Below are positions 48,687 to 62,754 of a stretch of DNA of 64,000 nucleotides, in pieces. The position numbers were made by a program, and so were the translations under genes. Under the pieces are notes generated by a model, which worked only from the letters and a program-made list of their open reading frames with translations, ran no database searches and had not been told where the DNA came from. How positions within the stretch are numbered: position 1 is the stretch's first letter; the number at the start of each line of letters is the position of its first letter. Source of the DNA: Podarcis liolepis (Eukaryota); NCBI GenBank assembly GCA_965112155.1, contig OZ218100.1, one strand, 5' to 3'.

Positions 48687-49535
48687 TTGCCATAGCCTAA
48701 TTAGAATTAGATCTATAGTTCTCAGCTATTATTACAGGAACATCTAATAAACAAACTTCACAGAAAACTTGAATGAACAGATGATGGTGGTAAATCATAC
48801 ATGAACAGCAGATTCCATAAAATGTGATCAGTTTCAGGGCTTGCAATAGCCATATATTTGAGGGCCTGAGATCTACCAAATAAATAAATATATACCATTG
48901 AAAAATATAATTACAATCCTTTCTGTAGCTCAACAGGAAGCGAGAGAATCCTCATCCTTCCGGCAATGCAAAGCTTAAAATAGTAAACAACAGTAGACTG
49001 ATTTCTGAATGCGTTAAGCATGGCATTTTCATCTCTTTAATTTTCACTTGTTCCTGGAAACCTTTGAGTGTGCAATGGCAAAAGAACTGCAGCTTTATTT
49101 TCTGGTTAAATATTACAAATATTAATAATTCATGTGTGGACTATATATTATTAATCTTGTTTAGCAGCTAGACAGAAGCTGTGTGCAAGTGGCTGTGGTT
49201 AAAGAGACTCACAGCTCTTTCCCAACAGACGCAGAGAAAAGTATACCACAGTGTATGGGGCTACACTGGTACAAAATGGTCAGTGTACAAAATGGTTCAT
49301 TGATGTGTGTGTCTATACACACAGCCTCTGCTATAAAAAGGATAGAGGGATGCTCTTTTATGCAACGAAAAGACTGGTAGATTATTATTTTTCTTTTCTT
49401 TTCTGGCTCGCAGTTCTAGCAACCAGTGTTATGTCTTTACTGACTGGTTGTTTTGAGTACATCTTTTTTCTACTTTAGTGATAAACATTGCATGCGGAAA
49501 GTGCTGGGTTTTTCTTTCGTTTTAGAAGAATTATA

Positions 49536-49727
49536 CAGTGGTATCTCGGGTTACAGACGCTTCAGGTTATAGACTCCGCTAACCCAGAAATAGTACCTCA
49601 GGTTAAGAACTTTGCTTAGAATGAGAACAGAAATCGCGCGGCTAAAGTGGTACCTCAGGTTAAGAACAGTTTCAGGTTAAGAATGGACCTACAGAACAAA
49701 TTAAGTTCTTAACCCAAGGTACCACTG
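49536..49727. mobile_element. Tc1/mariner-type MITE, opposite orientation to 9728-9958
   Basis: TIRs cagtggtatctcgggtt/aacccaaggtaccactg flanked by TA. Confidence 0.88.
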
Positions 49728-50056
49728 TATACGTTGGAGTTTGCATCAGCTCTGTGTGTGGGCCAAATAATTGATAGGTTTCAACAATAAAATTGGTTGG
49801 CTTCTAGTTTATATATCTATAGCCAAGTAAAGAGGAGGGGGAAGCTTGGAAGCTGGAGCTGCCCCACCACCCATTGTCTATCACATTCACATGTAACTAG
49901 CATTGCTAAAGGGGGGTAAAATAAAACACAGCTGTCCTATTGGTAAAGGGGAAGAAATGGTTCGCTATTTCATATGCAAGAGAATGGTTATGGATTATAA
50001 GTCTACCTCGTGAGAAAATGTTTCATGGTTGCCTTGTGCAAAGAGAGGGGGGGGGA

Positions 50057-50348
50057 CAGGGCCGGATTTAGGTTTGATGAGGCCCTAAGCTACTGAAGGT
50101 AATGGGGCCCTTTATATGTCCAGCTGTCCTTTGTCAACAACAAATTGTTGCTGTTTTTTGTGTTGAATATATGCTATATGGTAATTTACGGGCCTAATAG
50201 GTATCTAAAGCCATTTGCACATAACAAAATATGTATTTTATGAAAGTAACTGTTGAACTGTAATACAATTAAGAAGAAGCATGGGGGAGGGCAAGAAAGT
50301 GGGGCCCTAAGATATAGCTTGTTAAGCTTTGACGTAAATCCGGCACTG
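50057..50348. mobile_element. hAT-like MITE
   Basis: TIRs cagggccggattta/taaatccggcactg; G-rich degenerate TSD. Confidence 0.75.
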
Positions 50349-53300
50349 GGTGGGAGCTGGAGAAAGGAGTGAAACTTGCTGTAGCTGTTTAGTGGGAAAC
50401 TTATATGTTCGTCTCAATCCTGCCCGCTACCGATTGGAGGCATGCAGAGTTGTTCTAACACACGTCCTTTAGGAAGAAGGTGTGAGGACTCTAGGACCCT
50501 GTCAGAGCCCTCATGCCTCCTTCCCAAAACCCTGAGCTAGCTTTCCCCTTGGCTCAGCATCCAGTGCCTGCACTCCACTCACACAACCCTAAATCAGTCC
50601 CTAATTGCCCTCAACATTGCCCCCCTCAGTATTTTATTGGGGAGCCAAAGGGACCTGGGCCCCTTAGAGTTGTTGCCTATGACCCTACCTTTTACTGACT
50701 GCTGGGTTCTGTCCTAGCAAGTGGAAATAATGGATACACAGGTCTTACCGGTGCTCCTGTGCCACGCATTGCTAACATAAAGTCATGCTACAATTTTCTA
50801 ATTAACTATTACATACCTGCAAGCTATCACACGTTCCCATACTCAACAGATGAAACTTGGGGGCCCCTTGCAATGTTTCATTTTGGAACAGGTTGTAAGG
50901 TTTGAAGAGGTTGTAAGGATTCATTGAATGTAGCGTGAATACAACAAAAAGATGCATGCCGTAGAGGTAGACTCTTGGGAGAGTGACGATTGGCTGCAGC
51001 TGCATGTTGAGTGTTCACTATGGGGTTGTTGTTGTCTGTAATTGTGAAAGCGCCCTGATTCAGAGAGAGAAAGAGAACTATTCTCTGCACCAGAACTTGA
51101 ATATGAAAGTTCCACTGTAGTTTTTAATCTTTGGACAAAATTGCTTGCGTCTGTATTTGTTTGGAGCTTAAGCATGTGTTGACACACGGGGGGGGGGGGG
51201 CTTTGCAATTTTTTAGTATGTAGGGAAAGGATGCAATAAACAGTAGCTGCTCTGATGGCTCATTGACATTTATTCATCCATTCTAATCACTTGACTTTGT
51301 GGAGGCAAAATGTAATATCAGAAGCTTAAGATCTGGAAGATTCCCTGTGTTTTTGCTACAGCCCCTTGTCTTTGCCCATCAACACCCACCCTATTCATCA
51401 CAGAGCCTGTCAAAACTGACATCGCCTTAGGCAGCAAGAGGAGCGGACACAGTGGAATCTGAATGAAATGTCTTCATACTCACCTTTAAGAATGGCAGCT
51501 ATTCACCAGTCTTAGCATTTCAGACTTGCTTGTGACAAGGCTTCCATTTGTACTGAAGGTGCATTCCAAACATTTTTTTTTTCAAGCCCAGGATGGAAAT
51601 ATAGCTGTGCCTAAAATACCAAATGAAACAAAGAGGCAAAATTTAGTTTTCAACCAGTATTGAGAGTTCAGGCTCACACTGCTGTCTGCGATGAAAGGTT
51701 TTATCAAATGGAAACGGCATGAGTGAGGAAGTGTTCCTATATGCTTCTACAAGCCTTAGAGCTCTGAGTGCAAAATTGGGGGAGAGTATTATAAGGTCTG
51801 ATCTTCTTGATGTTTAATCTTGTGATCTAGTCATAAGGTCAGAGGCAGATTTAGGGGGACGTGACTGGTTTGGTCACACAGGGCGCAGAGCCTCAGGGGT
51901 GCCACTGGGGATGCCATAACTGTTATTTCAAATGGAAAGAGAAAGGTGAGTCTCCCAAATTTTGACACCACACAGGGCACTGAAATTTGAGACCCCAAGG
52001 TCCACCACTGATATGGTCATTTAATACAAGATTCTGGATCATGAAAATGCACTTACAAGTGTAGTGTCACAAATTCTGCACAATTATGTAAAGGACATTA
52101 AAACCTATGCACCAGACCCCTTTGTGCATGGTATTCCTCTACCAGCACAGCTTCAAATCCCACTTCAGTTTGGGATGTGAAGAAGTCTGACCCAACACCT
52201 TAATGCATAACACTTGGGACTTTATATCCAATTGACAAACAGGAAAAAAATGACTTAGCATTTTGTGTTAATGGTGTTCCATGATGTAGTGCAGTCCAGA
52301 AACACCTATGCATTTTGTTTTCTCTGCATGTCTAGATTTGCTCCGGCTCAAGAAACTCTGAGTATCCTGTATACTCACAAGTTCCTTCCAGGCTCAAGAT
52401 TATGGCATACCCGAAAAATTCATTCTTTATACTTTTAGCTTTATTGCTCTTATTTACATGTCTAATGAACATTATGCTCATATTAAATGACTCCAGCATA
52501 ATTAGATTCCCTAGCACAGAAGGATAATTGTTAAGTCTAAATACACGCTCATACCTTGACATTTAACCAAATAAATGTATCTCTTGCACTCCTGCTTTGC
52601 ATGACTGAATGCTTTCCAAGATGCTTTTATTGTTTTCTTAACTACCATAATGCCACATCTAAATGATTCTTCTTTTATGTATGACTGTAGGGCCTTTCTG
52701 ACAAGCCTCATCATTTTGTTGAACTACCCATTTCAAACATACGATCATCACTGTCAGATTCTCTTTCCCTATAGTTTATCTCCCCTTAGGAGGTTGAAGC
52801 TAATTGTATGGAAGACATTATTCCCTGATATTTCAGCTTGCTGCTACTTTGTCAATAAAGACCGATGCTTTATTTAAGCTTAAACTGGTCCTTCCCTCCC
52901 CATCTAAACATGGACATTGTGGAATGAAGGAGGCACATCTGAAAGGTTAATTATATATACAGCAGCCAGCAAATACACATAACTTTTCTTGAAATTTCAA
53001 CAAATTCATATCCTCTGAATTTCTGTTTTGTTAGCTTTTATACTGCTGTTTTTAAAAAATAAGTGATATAGAATATGTGTGTTTGTTTAGACTGTGCACA
53101 CTTAGAGACTTTAAAATATCAAGCAGTGCAGTAAAAAAAATGCTTTTATTACAGGCAAACTAAAAGCTTGCATCCCAGAGCATTACCTGGTTACTTCAAA
53201 TGCATATGTGGAAGTCAGCAACTATTCTTCCACTGCCCTCTGCATTTTGGATTATGTCGCTCCATTGATTCACCAAGCCCTGAGTCCTTGGAAAATCCTG

Positions 53301-54194
53301 CCTCCCATAGCAGCTCAGCCAATCAGTATTAGAGGCTTCACCAATCACAGCGTTGGTCTTCAGTAAGGGGAAAGGCTGTCAAGAAGAGAGGTTGCATCTC
53401 ACAGTAGACAGCACACCACTAATGGAAGTTAATTCAAAAGTGACACTGGCACACAAGAGTGATATTAATTTACTCATTACCCACAATGATTATTTATTCT
53501 CCAGCATAAAGCCTGATCTGTGAAGGCTGATGGACCTTTAGGTTATCTGCGGTGGTGACATCTCCCAGCTATCTATCGCCGTTGAAAAGGCTCAGGTTTA
53601 ATTAGCTGCATTTGTCTTAATTTATACAGTGCCACACTACAAATACCCAAGGCAATATATGCAACAAAACAATTCAATGCCAAAAGGTATTCGATATGAA
53701 AATACAGTAAAAAAAGTTTGCAATTATATTGTTGATTTTATCCCTCTATCTTGTACTCTGCCTTGCTATATTTTTCTGAAAATATGGATTAGAAATCCAA
53801 TAAATAAATAAATTTGGGGCCTTCCCCCAAAAGGCCCTATGTGGAAGGCAAATGTGAAAAAAGGTGAAACCAGTCCTTCACACATGGTCATTGAAAATAG
53901 GAGAGTGGAAATATAATAAAGTTGTGAGGTTTTCACAATTACATTTTCAAAAGAATATTTCTTATGACTATGAATGCTGAACAATTCTAACCAGATGCCG
54001 AGATTTTCTGCAATCCAGGAGGAGCTTGAAATACACATCACAGATTCTTGGGCAACTCCCATCATCCATAACCATTGGCCTTGCTGGCTGGGCTTGATGG
54101 GAGTTGGAGTCCAACAACAACTGAAGGACCACAAGTTCCCCACACTTACTTTAAACCTAACCCAGCAAAAGAACAGCATAAAATCCAGCTTCAT

Positions 54195-55830
54195 CATGGC
54201 ATGTTCATCCAAATGACTTGGATGAAGGAATTGACAGGATGCTCATCAAATTTGCAAATGATGCCAACCTGGGAGGGCTAGCCAATGCCACAGAAGACAG
54301 TATCAGGATTCAACATGACTTTAACAGATTGGAGAACTGGACCCAAACTAGCAAAATGAATTTCAATAGGGACAAATGTAAGGTTCTGCACTTAGGCAGG
54401 AAGAACCAAATGCACAAATAACAAGGAGGAGGAGGATGACACCTGGCATGCCAGTAGTACAAGTGAGAAGGATCTAGTGGTCTTTGTAGTCCAGAAGCTT
54501 GTCATGAGTCTACAGTGTAATGCAGCAACAAAAAAAGCTAATGCTTTTTCAGTGGATTTGTAACTGGCTGACTGACCGAACCCAAAGGGTGCTCATCAAT
54601 GGTTCCTCTTCATCCTGGAGAAGAGTGACTAGTGGGGTGCCACAGGGTTCTGTCTTGGGCCCGGTCTTATTCAACATCTTTATCAACGACTTGGATGATG
54701 GACTCAAGGGCATCCTGATCAAATTTGCAGATGACACCAAACTGGGAGGGGTGGCTAACACCCCAGAGGACAGGATCACACTTCAAAACAACCTTGACAG
54801 ATTAGAGAACTGGGCCAAAACAAACAAGATGAACTTTAACAGGGAGAAATGTAAAGTATTGCACTTGGGCAAAAAAAATGAGAGGCACAAATACAAGATG
54901 GGTGACACCTGGCTTGAGAGCAGTACATGTGAAAAGGATCTAGGACTCTTGGTTGACCACAAACTTGACATGAGCCAACAGTGTGACGCGGCAGCTAAAA
55001 AAGCCAATGCAATTCTGGGCTGCATCAATAGGAGTATAGCATCTAGATCAAGGGAAGTAATAGTGCCACTGTATTCTGCTCTGGTCAGACCTCACCTGGA
55101 GTACTGTGTCCAGTTCTGGGCACCACAGTTCATGAAGGACACTGACAAACTGGAACGTGTCCAGAGGAGGGCAACCAAAATGGTCAAAGGTCTGGAAACA
55201 ATGCCTTATGAGGAACGGCTAAGGGAGCTGGGCATGTTTAGCTTGGAGAAGAGGAGGTTAAGGGGTGATATGATAGCCATGTTCAAATATATAAAAGGAT
55301 GTCACATAGAGGAGGGAGAAAGGTTGTTTTCTGCTGCTCCAGAGAAGCGGACACGGAGCAATGGATCCAAACTACAAGAAAGAAGATTCCACCTAAACAT
55401 TAGGAAGAACTTCCTGACAGTAAGAGCTGTTCCACAGTGGAATTTGCTGCCAAGGAGTGTGGTGGAGTCTCCTACTTTGGAGGTCTTTAAGCAGAGGCTT
55501 GACAACCATATGTCAGGAGTGCTCTGATGGTGTTTCCTGCTTGGCAGGGGGTTGGACTTGATGGCCCTTGTGGTCTCTTCCAACTCTATGATTCTATGAT
55601 TCTATTCTAGGCTGCATCAACAGAACTATAGTGTCCATATCAAGGGAAGTCATAGTACCGCTCTATTCTGCCTTGGTCAGATCACACCTGGAGCACTGTG
55701 TCCAGTTCTGAGAACCACAGTTTAAGAAGGATATTGACAAGCATGAAGGTGTGCAGAGGCAGGCAAGCAAGATGATTCAGGGTCTGGGAACTAATAATAA
55801 TAATAACAACAACAACAACAACAAACAACA

Positions 55831-55878
<48 letters not shown>

Positions 55879-56292
55879 TATTTGTATCCCACTCATCTGA
55901 CTGGGTTGCCTCAGCCACCAAGCCTTATGAGGAACGGTTGAGGGAAATGCGTATGTTTGGCTTGGTAAAGAAGAGACTGAGTGAGATATGATAGCCATCT
56001 TCAAATGTCTAAAGGGCTGCCACATGGAAGATGGGACAAGTTTCTTTTCTCCTGTTCTGGAGGGTAGGCCTTGAACCAATGGAATCAAGTTACAAGAAAA
56101 GAGATTCCTACTAAACATCAGGAACAACTTTCTGATCGTTAAGAGCAGTTCAACAGTGGAATGGACTCACTAGGAGGCTGTGTGTTCTTCTTCACTGGAG
56201 GTTTTAAAGTAGACCATTTGAGATTTCTGCATTGCAGAGGATTGCACTAGATGACCCTCAGGGTCTCTTCCAACTCTACAATACTATGATTC
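54195..56292 (+). mobile_element. Older degenerate CR1 LINE, split by a young CR1 and by a microsatellite/L2-tail insert (~55793-55920)
   Basis: LIKFANDANLGG...[14 protein letters not shown] at 54218-54421; resumes at attctaggctgcatcaac (55604) and runs to a CR1-type tail; stops and frameshifts. Confidence 0.85.
54546..55603 (+). mobile_element. Young 5'-truncated CR1 LINE with open RT C-terminal frame
   Basis: [35 protein letters not shown]; (ATTCTATG)n tail. Confidence 0.95.
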
Positions 56293-59169
56293 TAAGTACA
56301 CAAGAAAATTCTTATTTTTGATCTTTCAGATAATTTTCAAGGACATCTTCCAAGGATATTTGTTTTCTTCCAGATGTCCCTCCCTCCATTTTCTAGGTGA
56401 ACTTTGATCACTTAGCAGTAAAATACAGAATGAAGCACCTCAGAAGAATCAATCCTCTCTCAGTGGGTAAGATCACTTACTTAAGGTTAAGCCCTAAAAG
56501 CATTATGTGTCTCTTACAAAGATATTCTTTGTAGGTGTGACAGATTACATCTCGTATTGTTAGCAGAAAGCCTAAGAAAAGTATAGACATGTTTAAAATG
56601 TACTGCTGTATGGAACAGAATGTAGCTTCTAAGGAGACAAAGAATCCATGAATGCCTAGGGGGGATGTACGATACGCTGAAATATGACTATTTCAAATCT
56701 TATTAAGGTGGTTTTGTGGAGGTATAAATCATCATCAAAGAAGAAGAAGTAAAGTAGCACACATAAGAGAGAGAGGAGAAAACAGGAGTTGCATATGCTA
56801 ATGTATGCAAATGTACAATGACTATTTTTTATTTCACCATAGTGGGGAAGAATGTGACCAGGTGAGCTTTCTTTCTGCAAAGTCTGCTGTCCAACTACTA
56901 ATTGCTGATGGGCAACTTCAAGGCCCTGCTCTCCCTTCTTGGGTTTAGCTTGCCTGATGGAACAATCTCCCCTCTGCTCCCCTTGCATACTGCTGTGCAG
57001 GTTCTCCAGGACACACACACCCCAAGCCAATTCTGCAGGGTACATAGGGCATGCACAGGCAGGTGAGAGAGGGGAAGTTATGTTGCTCTATATGAGAAGC
57101 TCCTGCTAACACACCTTAGCTGAATCATCCCTTTTATCTTCAAACCAGACTTGGACCAGGCAGGGCTCCTTCAAGCAGACGACTGTGAAGTCAGACACAT
57201 GGCCAAACTAGCTGTAGTTCAAGGAAGGTCTGGTTATCTAACACTTCCATAGCTCCTAATCTTTAACTGGACAGTCATATTGCTCAAATTCTCTGTCCAA
57301 TTATACAATATATCCTTGGTTCTCTGAGAGGGCCTTTGGGAAATGTCCTTTTCCAAAGCGCTACTGGCATTGCTCTGTCAAAAGAAGGGCTGATTCCATA
57401 GGACAGAACCACACAATCAATTGCACTTGTATAGTTGCATCATTCTGCTATGTGCCATTGACTCATGGAAGAGCAGCTCCATCTAGCCAGAAATATATCA
57501 AAAGGATACCTGAGAGATCTGAAGGAAAATTATTTATAATCAAGCCCATCTATCAGTTGCATAATCTGACTTCTTAAGTTCTCATTCATGGGCAGAGTCA
57601 TTCCCTAAAAACACTCAGTCATTTGGCCTCTTCATAAGATGATACTAAAATATTCATTTGGACCATAAATTATAAAGCAACAAGAACAATGACAAGGAAA
57701 CAGATTGAAGGCTTTTATTCTAATGCATGATGGCACGCACAGGTTATGGGATAGTACAGTACAAGATGTTTCTGCCCTGTTCTTATTAGCACTTCACTGT
57801 TTCTAAGTGACCAACGCAAAACATTAGCCATAAATTTATTACAGATGTTAATACAGTCAAGTCTTTCTTGTGGATTGTCCAAAGTTAAACCACAGCACTA
57901 AAATGGTAACCTGGTACATGCCATTATTTCCCCTCACACAGCTAAATTCCCAGAATTCTGTGGGGAGGGAGGATTGTTAAACCAGTCTGGGAATTGTAGC
58001 TCTGGGAAGAGCACTCTTAAACTACAGTTCCCAGGATTCTTTGGGGGAAGACATGACTGCTCAGAGTGGTTTAAAAGTGCTTTAAATGTTCGGTACAGGT
58101 GTGCCCAAAGCTTCAATGGATACAAAAGGCTCCCTGTTTCAGACTGTAGGGTTATGGACCCATGGCACATGCCTACTGAATAGTGAAATGAGTTTTAGAG
58201 TACTTAATAAGTGCTTAAATAATAACTATACAGCTATAAATTGTTATTCAATGATTTCCAATTAAGAACTCATCTCCTTGCGAAGTGTGGGGAAAAATTA
58301 GTTGGGACAAGGCTCTAACTGAACTCTGTTAAGAACTCTGTAGAAATTAGATAATAGTGTTCAACACCCTAGGGGGAGCTTGTATTTAACAACCAAAAAA
58401 ATTCATTGGAACTTCAAGTCATTACACCATTTTGTTATGCTTAAGTGACAACAACCATGAAACCTTTTGTTTAAATCTCTTTTATGTAGCGCAACTTTGG
58501 CTAAAGTTAACTTAGACCCTAGTGCTGTTTTTTCTCCATCTATGTTTCAAACAAAGCAGCAGCTCATTGGCATCATCGCTTCCTGGCCCAATTATAAATC
58601 CACAGAAATGCACAATACATCAGGTTTCTTATCCGTGCTCATTTTATTGGTGTACAGTAAGTGTATTGCCAGGAGGAAAAGCCATAAACACTTCTGTACT
58701 CCCCAATCATTTGACCATATTTAAGAGCTAAATTATTTCTACAGCTTTGGGAGTTTGGAAGCCCTGTTGGCCAACCAACAGAATCAGCTGAGTTAATTGT
58801 AAAATGGAAATTGGAGAGTCAGTGATAAGAAAAATGAACAGTGAGCCAGAATAAGCATTTGCTACACTGACTGCTGATGAATAAGCAACAAGATATATGT
58901 AAAAACCAGGGCTGAGCATGCCTGCCTCCAGACTAATTTGGGATCCAACCCAGTGCCTCAGAGCAGCCCTGATCTGACTTGGGATGATCTGATACAGACC
59001 TGACCAAGATCAGGGTCCCAAACTGAATCAGGAGCCTTGCACAGTCTTTGCTGAGAGTTTAACACCCTCATTAATATATATGGTCAGCGAGGCTACTGGC
59101 ATGTGTCTGCTTCTCACCCACATCATCGCCCAACTGCCCTCCTTGTGAAAGCCTTGGGTTGCTCTGGGA

Positions 59170-59304
59170 TAGGCATAGGCAAACTCGGCCCTCCCGATGT
59201 TTCGGGACTACAGCTCCCATCATTCCTAGCTAACAGGCCAGTGGTCAGGGATGATGGGAGTTGTAGTCCCAAAACATCGGGAGGGCCGAGTTTGCCTATG
59301 CCTG
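59170..59304. mobile_element. Palindromic hAT-type MITE, same superfamily as 7680 and 37824
   Basis: Long TIRs aggcataggcaaactcggccctcc/ggagggccgagtttgcctatgcct; TSD ctctggga/ctctgcga (7 of 8). Confidence 0.88.
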
Positions 59305-60427
59305 CTCTGCGAGGTCTTGATCTTACCCAGTGCTGCCTCAACCTGCTCCAGCTAAATCCTGGGTTGACCTGAATTGGCCCGATTAGTATGATTAGTATAA
59401 ACCCCAAAGCCTACAGTTTAGCAGGATCTTTATTGGGACCAACTAAAAAAATCACAAAGGTCTGGCAAGCCTTTGAGTTCTCCAGCAGCTCCAGATGACC
59501 TGTTTATTGAACATTCATTTCTGCTTTGCATGCATAACCCAGAAGTTACACGATGTCCAGTCTTTATTGAGCATTTGTTCCAATTCATTTGCGGGAAGGT
59601 TATATGACAATGAACATTCATCCTGAGCATTCACCTGGGTTATATATCTGCCCATTAATCAGTCATTTACCCCACATTTTGAAGTGCATATCCAAAATGT
59701 CCTTCTTTCTTTTTTTAAACAGATTTGTTGCACTGGAATGAGTGTGTGCCTTTATCCTCTTTAATTGCAGAAATATAAATTTCTAGTATGTGGTTGAATT
59801 CCTCCTGCAAAATAGTGACTGTGTGGAGGTGGCCCAGAGTTTTTCATCAGGGCCAAATTACACAAAGCTGGGGGTTGTGGGGAATGAAAGAAATAGGAAT
59901 CGCAAAGTACAAACTGAGGCTGATGTTGCCATCATGAGGTCAGCTTGTTGACTCCATTCCAAGGAGTTTTTCCCAGGTTACAGGTGTCAGGTTATACATC
60001 TAGGATTCTGGGATGAAGAAGCAACGGCTGTTCCCTATTTCTTCTAGGAACATGCCTCCCAAATCCTGCTGTGTACACATCCTTTAGCTGTCTTTAGCAT
60101 CTTTTGTTATAATTCATTGGAGAAAAAAATATCTAACGATCACTGTCTCGCAATCAACCCCTTCTGTTTCCAGTATGGCTCCCACACTAGGTATGGTAAG
60201 CATCTTGAGCTGACAAACACTACACTCATTGAAGTTCAGCCTTCCATGTAGGTATTGAAGTTTTCCCCCCATGAGAAATGACAACCCTAGGACCAATTTG
60301 AATTTTGCACACAGGTATGTAAGGAAAAAAGGAAAAGAACTTTTAAAAAATACAATGGAGTATTTAATAAGCCTAATATGAGTTTATGAGTTCCAAAAGT
60401 GATTTGGATAAATGGGAATGCACAGTT

Positions 60428-61781
60428 TGTTTTAGTCGTTTAGTCGTGTCCGACTCTTCGTGATCCCATGGACCAGAGCACGCCAGGCACTTCTGTCTTC
60501 CACTGCCTCCCGCAGTTTGGTCAAACTCATGTTGGTAGCTGCGAGAACACTGTCCAACCATCTCGTCCTCTGTCGTCCCCTTCTCCTTGTGCCCTCCATC
60601 TTTCCCAACATCAGGGTCTTTTCCAGGGAGTCTTCTCTTCTCATGAGGTGGCCAAAGTATTGGAGCCTCAGCTTCACGATCAGTCCTTCCAGTGAGCACT
60701 CAGGGCTGATTTCCTTAAGAATGGATACGTTTGATCTTCTTGCAGTCCATGGGACTCTCAAGAGTCTCCTCCAGCACCATAATTCAAAAGCATCAATTCT
60801 ACGGCGATCAGCCTTCTTTATGGTCCAGCTTTCACTTCCATACATCACTACTGGGAAAACCATAGTTTTTACTATATGGACCTTTGTTGGCAAGGTGATG
60901 TCTCTACTTTTTAAGATGCTGTCTAAGTTTGTCACTGCTTTTCTCCCAAGAAGCAGGCGTCTTTTAATTTCGTGGCTGCTGTTACCATCTGCAGTGATCA
61001 TGGAGCCCAAGAAAGTAAAATCTCTCACTGCCTCCATTTCTTCCCCTTCTATTTGCCAGGAGGTGATGGGACCAGTTGCCATGATCTTTGTTTTTTTGAT
61101 GTTGAGCTTCAGACCATATTTTGCGCTCTCTCCTTTCACCCTCATTAAAAGGTTCTTTAATTCTTCCTCACTTTCTGCCATCAAGGTTGTGTCATCTGCA
61201 TATCTTAGGTTGTTGATATTTTTTCCAGCGATCTTAATTCCGGCTTGGGATTCATCCAGCCTAACCTTTCACATGATGAATTCTGCATATAAGTTAAATA
61301 AGCTGGGAGACAATATACAGCCTTGCCGTACTCCTTTCCCAATTTTGAACCAATCAGTTGTTCCATATCCAGTTCTAACTGTAGCTTCTTGTCCCACCTA
61401 GAGATTTCTCAGGAGACAGATGAGGTGATCAGGCACTTCCATTTCTTTAAGAACTTGCCATAGTTTGCTGTGGTTGACACAGTCAAAGGCTTTTGCATAG
61501 TCGATGAAGCAGAAGTAGATGTCTTTCTGGAACTCTCTAGCTTTCTCCATAATCCAGTGCATGTTTGCAATTTGGTCTCTGGTTCCTCTGCCTCTTCTAA
61601 ATCCAGCTTGCACTTCTGGGAGTTCTCGGTCCACATACTGCTTGAGCCTGCCTTGTAGAATTTTAAGCATAACCTTGCTAGCATGTGAAATGAGTGCAAT
61701 TGTGCGGTAGTTGGAGCATTCTTTGGCACTGCCTTTCTTTGGGATTGGGATGTAGACTGATCTTCTCCAATCCTCTGGCCA
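60428..61781 (-). mobile_element. 5'-truncated BovB (RTE clade) LINE with a nonsense codon at 61400-61398
   Basis: ECSNYRTIALISHASKVMLKILQ, DYAKAFD, YADD, IDAFELWCWRRLL, EGTRRRGRQR; 12-bp TSD gaatgcacagtt (60416-60427, 61782-61793). Confidence 0.95.
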
Positions 61782-62454
61782 GAATGCACAGTTAAGGACA
61801 TTCAAAGGAGAGTAAATGAAAGAGGAAGAAAAAGGAGACAGAAAGCCAAGGGAGAAAAATGAAAGGCTATGCAACTGCATTTGTGAGGGCCCCACATGTC
61901 ACTTCTGTCGTGTGCTATCTGGGAGGAATTACAGAATTGTAAATTTTTGGTTTCTCTGCTAATTATGTCATTAGCTTTGAAAGGACTGAAAAAGCGCCTC
62001 CCCCTTCTGATCTGACAGTTGCAGAGGAGAGAAATGCTAACCCTGCTACTCCCACACGCAAAACAAAAAAGAAATTTCCTAATGGAATCTTGACTGTTCT
62101 GAGAGGTGTTTAAAGGTAAACGGCACACTATCACTCAAATGGCAGCACAGCACACTATTCTTTCTTTTCTTGCAACAATGGATCTGTGCAGCTGCTGCGC
62201 AATTATCTTGCGGTGGACATGTTCTTGTGTCTTTTGTGAATTATTAAACTTGCATTATGATGTTCACTAGGGCATTGTATACTCTGTGAACAGGCCCAGA
62301 CTCTCGACCCCAACTCAAATTATGTTTACTCCACTTTGGGCAGAAAAGGTTCTGCACCATTAAATTCATGTCACTGAAAACAGCTCAGGCCACCCAAATA
62401 ATAGAGCTGATGACAAAAAGCTCTACTTCTTTACATCTGCAGGTGAGGAAGTGG

Positions 62455-62750
62455 ATGTCCTGGACCACTGCCTTACCTTGGTGATGGACTGGATGAGAGC
62501 CAACAAACTGAAACTCAATCCAGATAAGACTCTGGCACTGTTAGTGGGCAGGTCTCTAGATTGGATACATGGGAGGTAACCTTCTCTTGATGGACTTAAA
62601 CTCCCTCTGAAGGAGTGGGTATGCAGCTTGGAGACACTTTCGGATCCTTTGCTGCTGGTTGAGGCTCCAGTGGCCTCCATGGTGTGGAGTGCCTTCCCTC
62701 AGCTTTGGCTGGTGCCCAGCTGTGCCTTTATCTGGACAGGGATAGCCTAA
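62455..62750 (+). mobile_element. L2 ORF2 fragment that continues at ~63211-63265
   Basis: WMRANKLKLNPDKT motif; later VHALVTSRLDYCN. Confidence 0.8.
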
Positions 62751-62754
62751 GAGC

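Larger units (their letters stand above)
42206..48690 (-). mobile_element. ORF-intact Ngaro-like YR retrotransposon, structure A-ORF1-RT/RH-YR-SGNH-B
   Basis: Four uninterrupted ORFs in Ngaro order; 3' end CACGCAA; TTTGC (GCAAA on minus) at both ends (42206-42210, 48686-48690); CpG-rich. Confidence 0.93.

Noticed and set aside
60460-61401. 313-aa plus-strand ORF
   Set aside because: Antisense shadow of the BovB RT coding region
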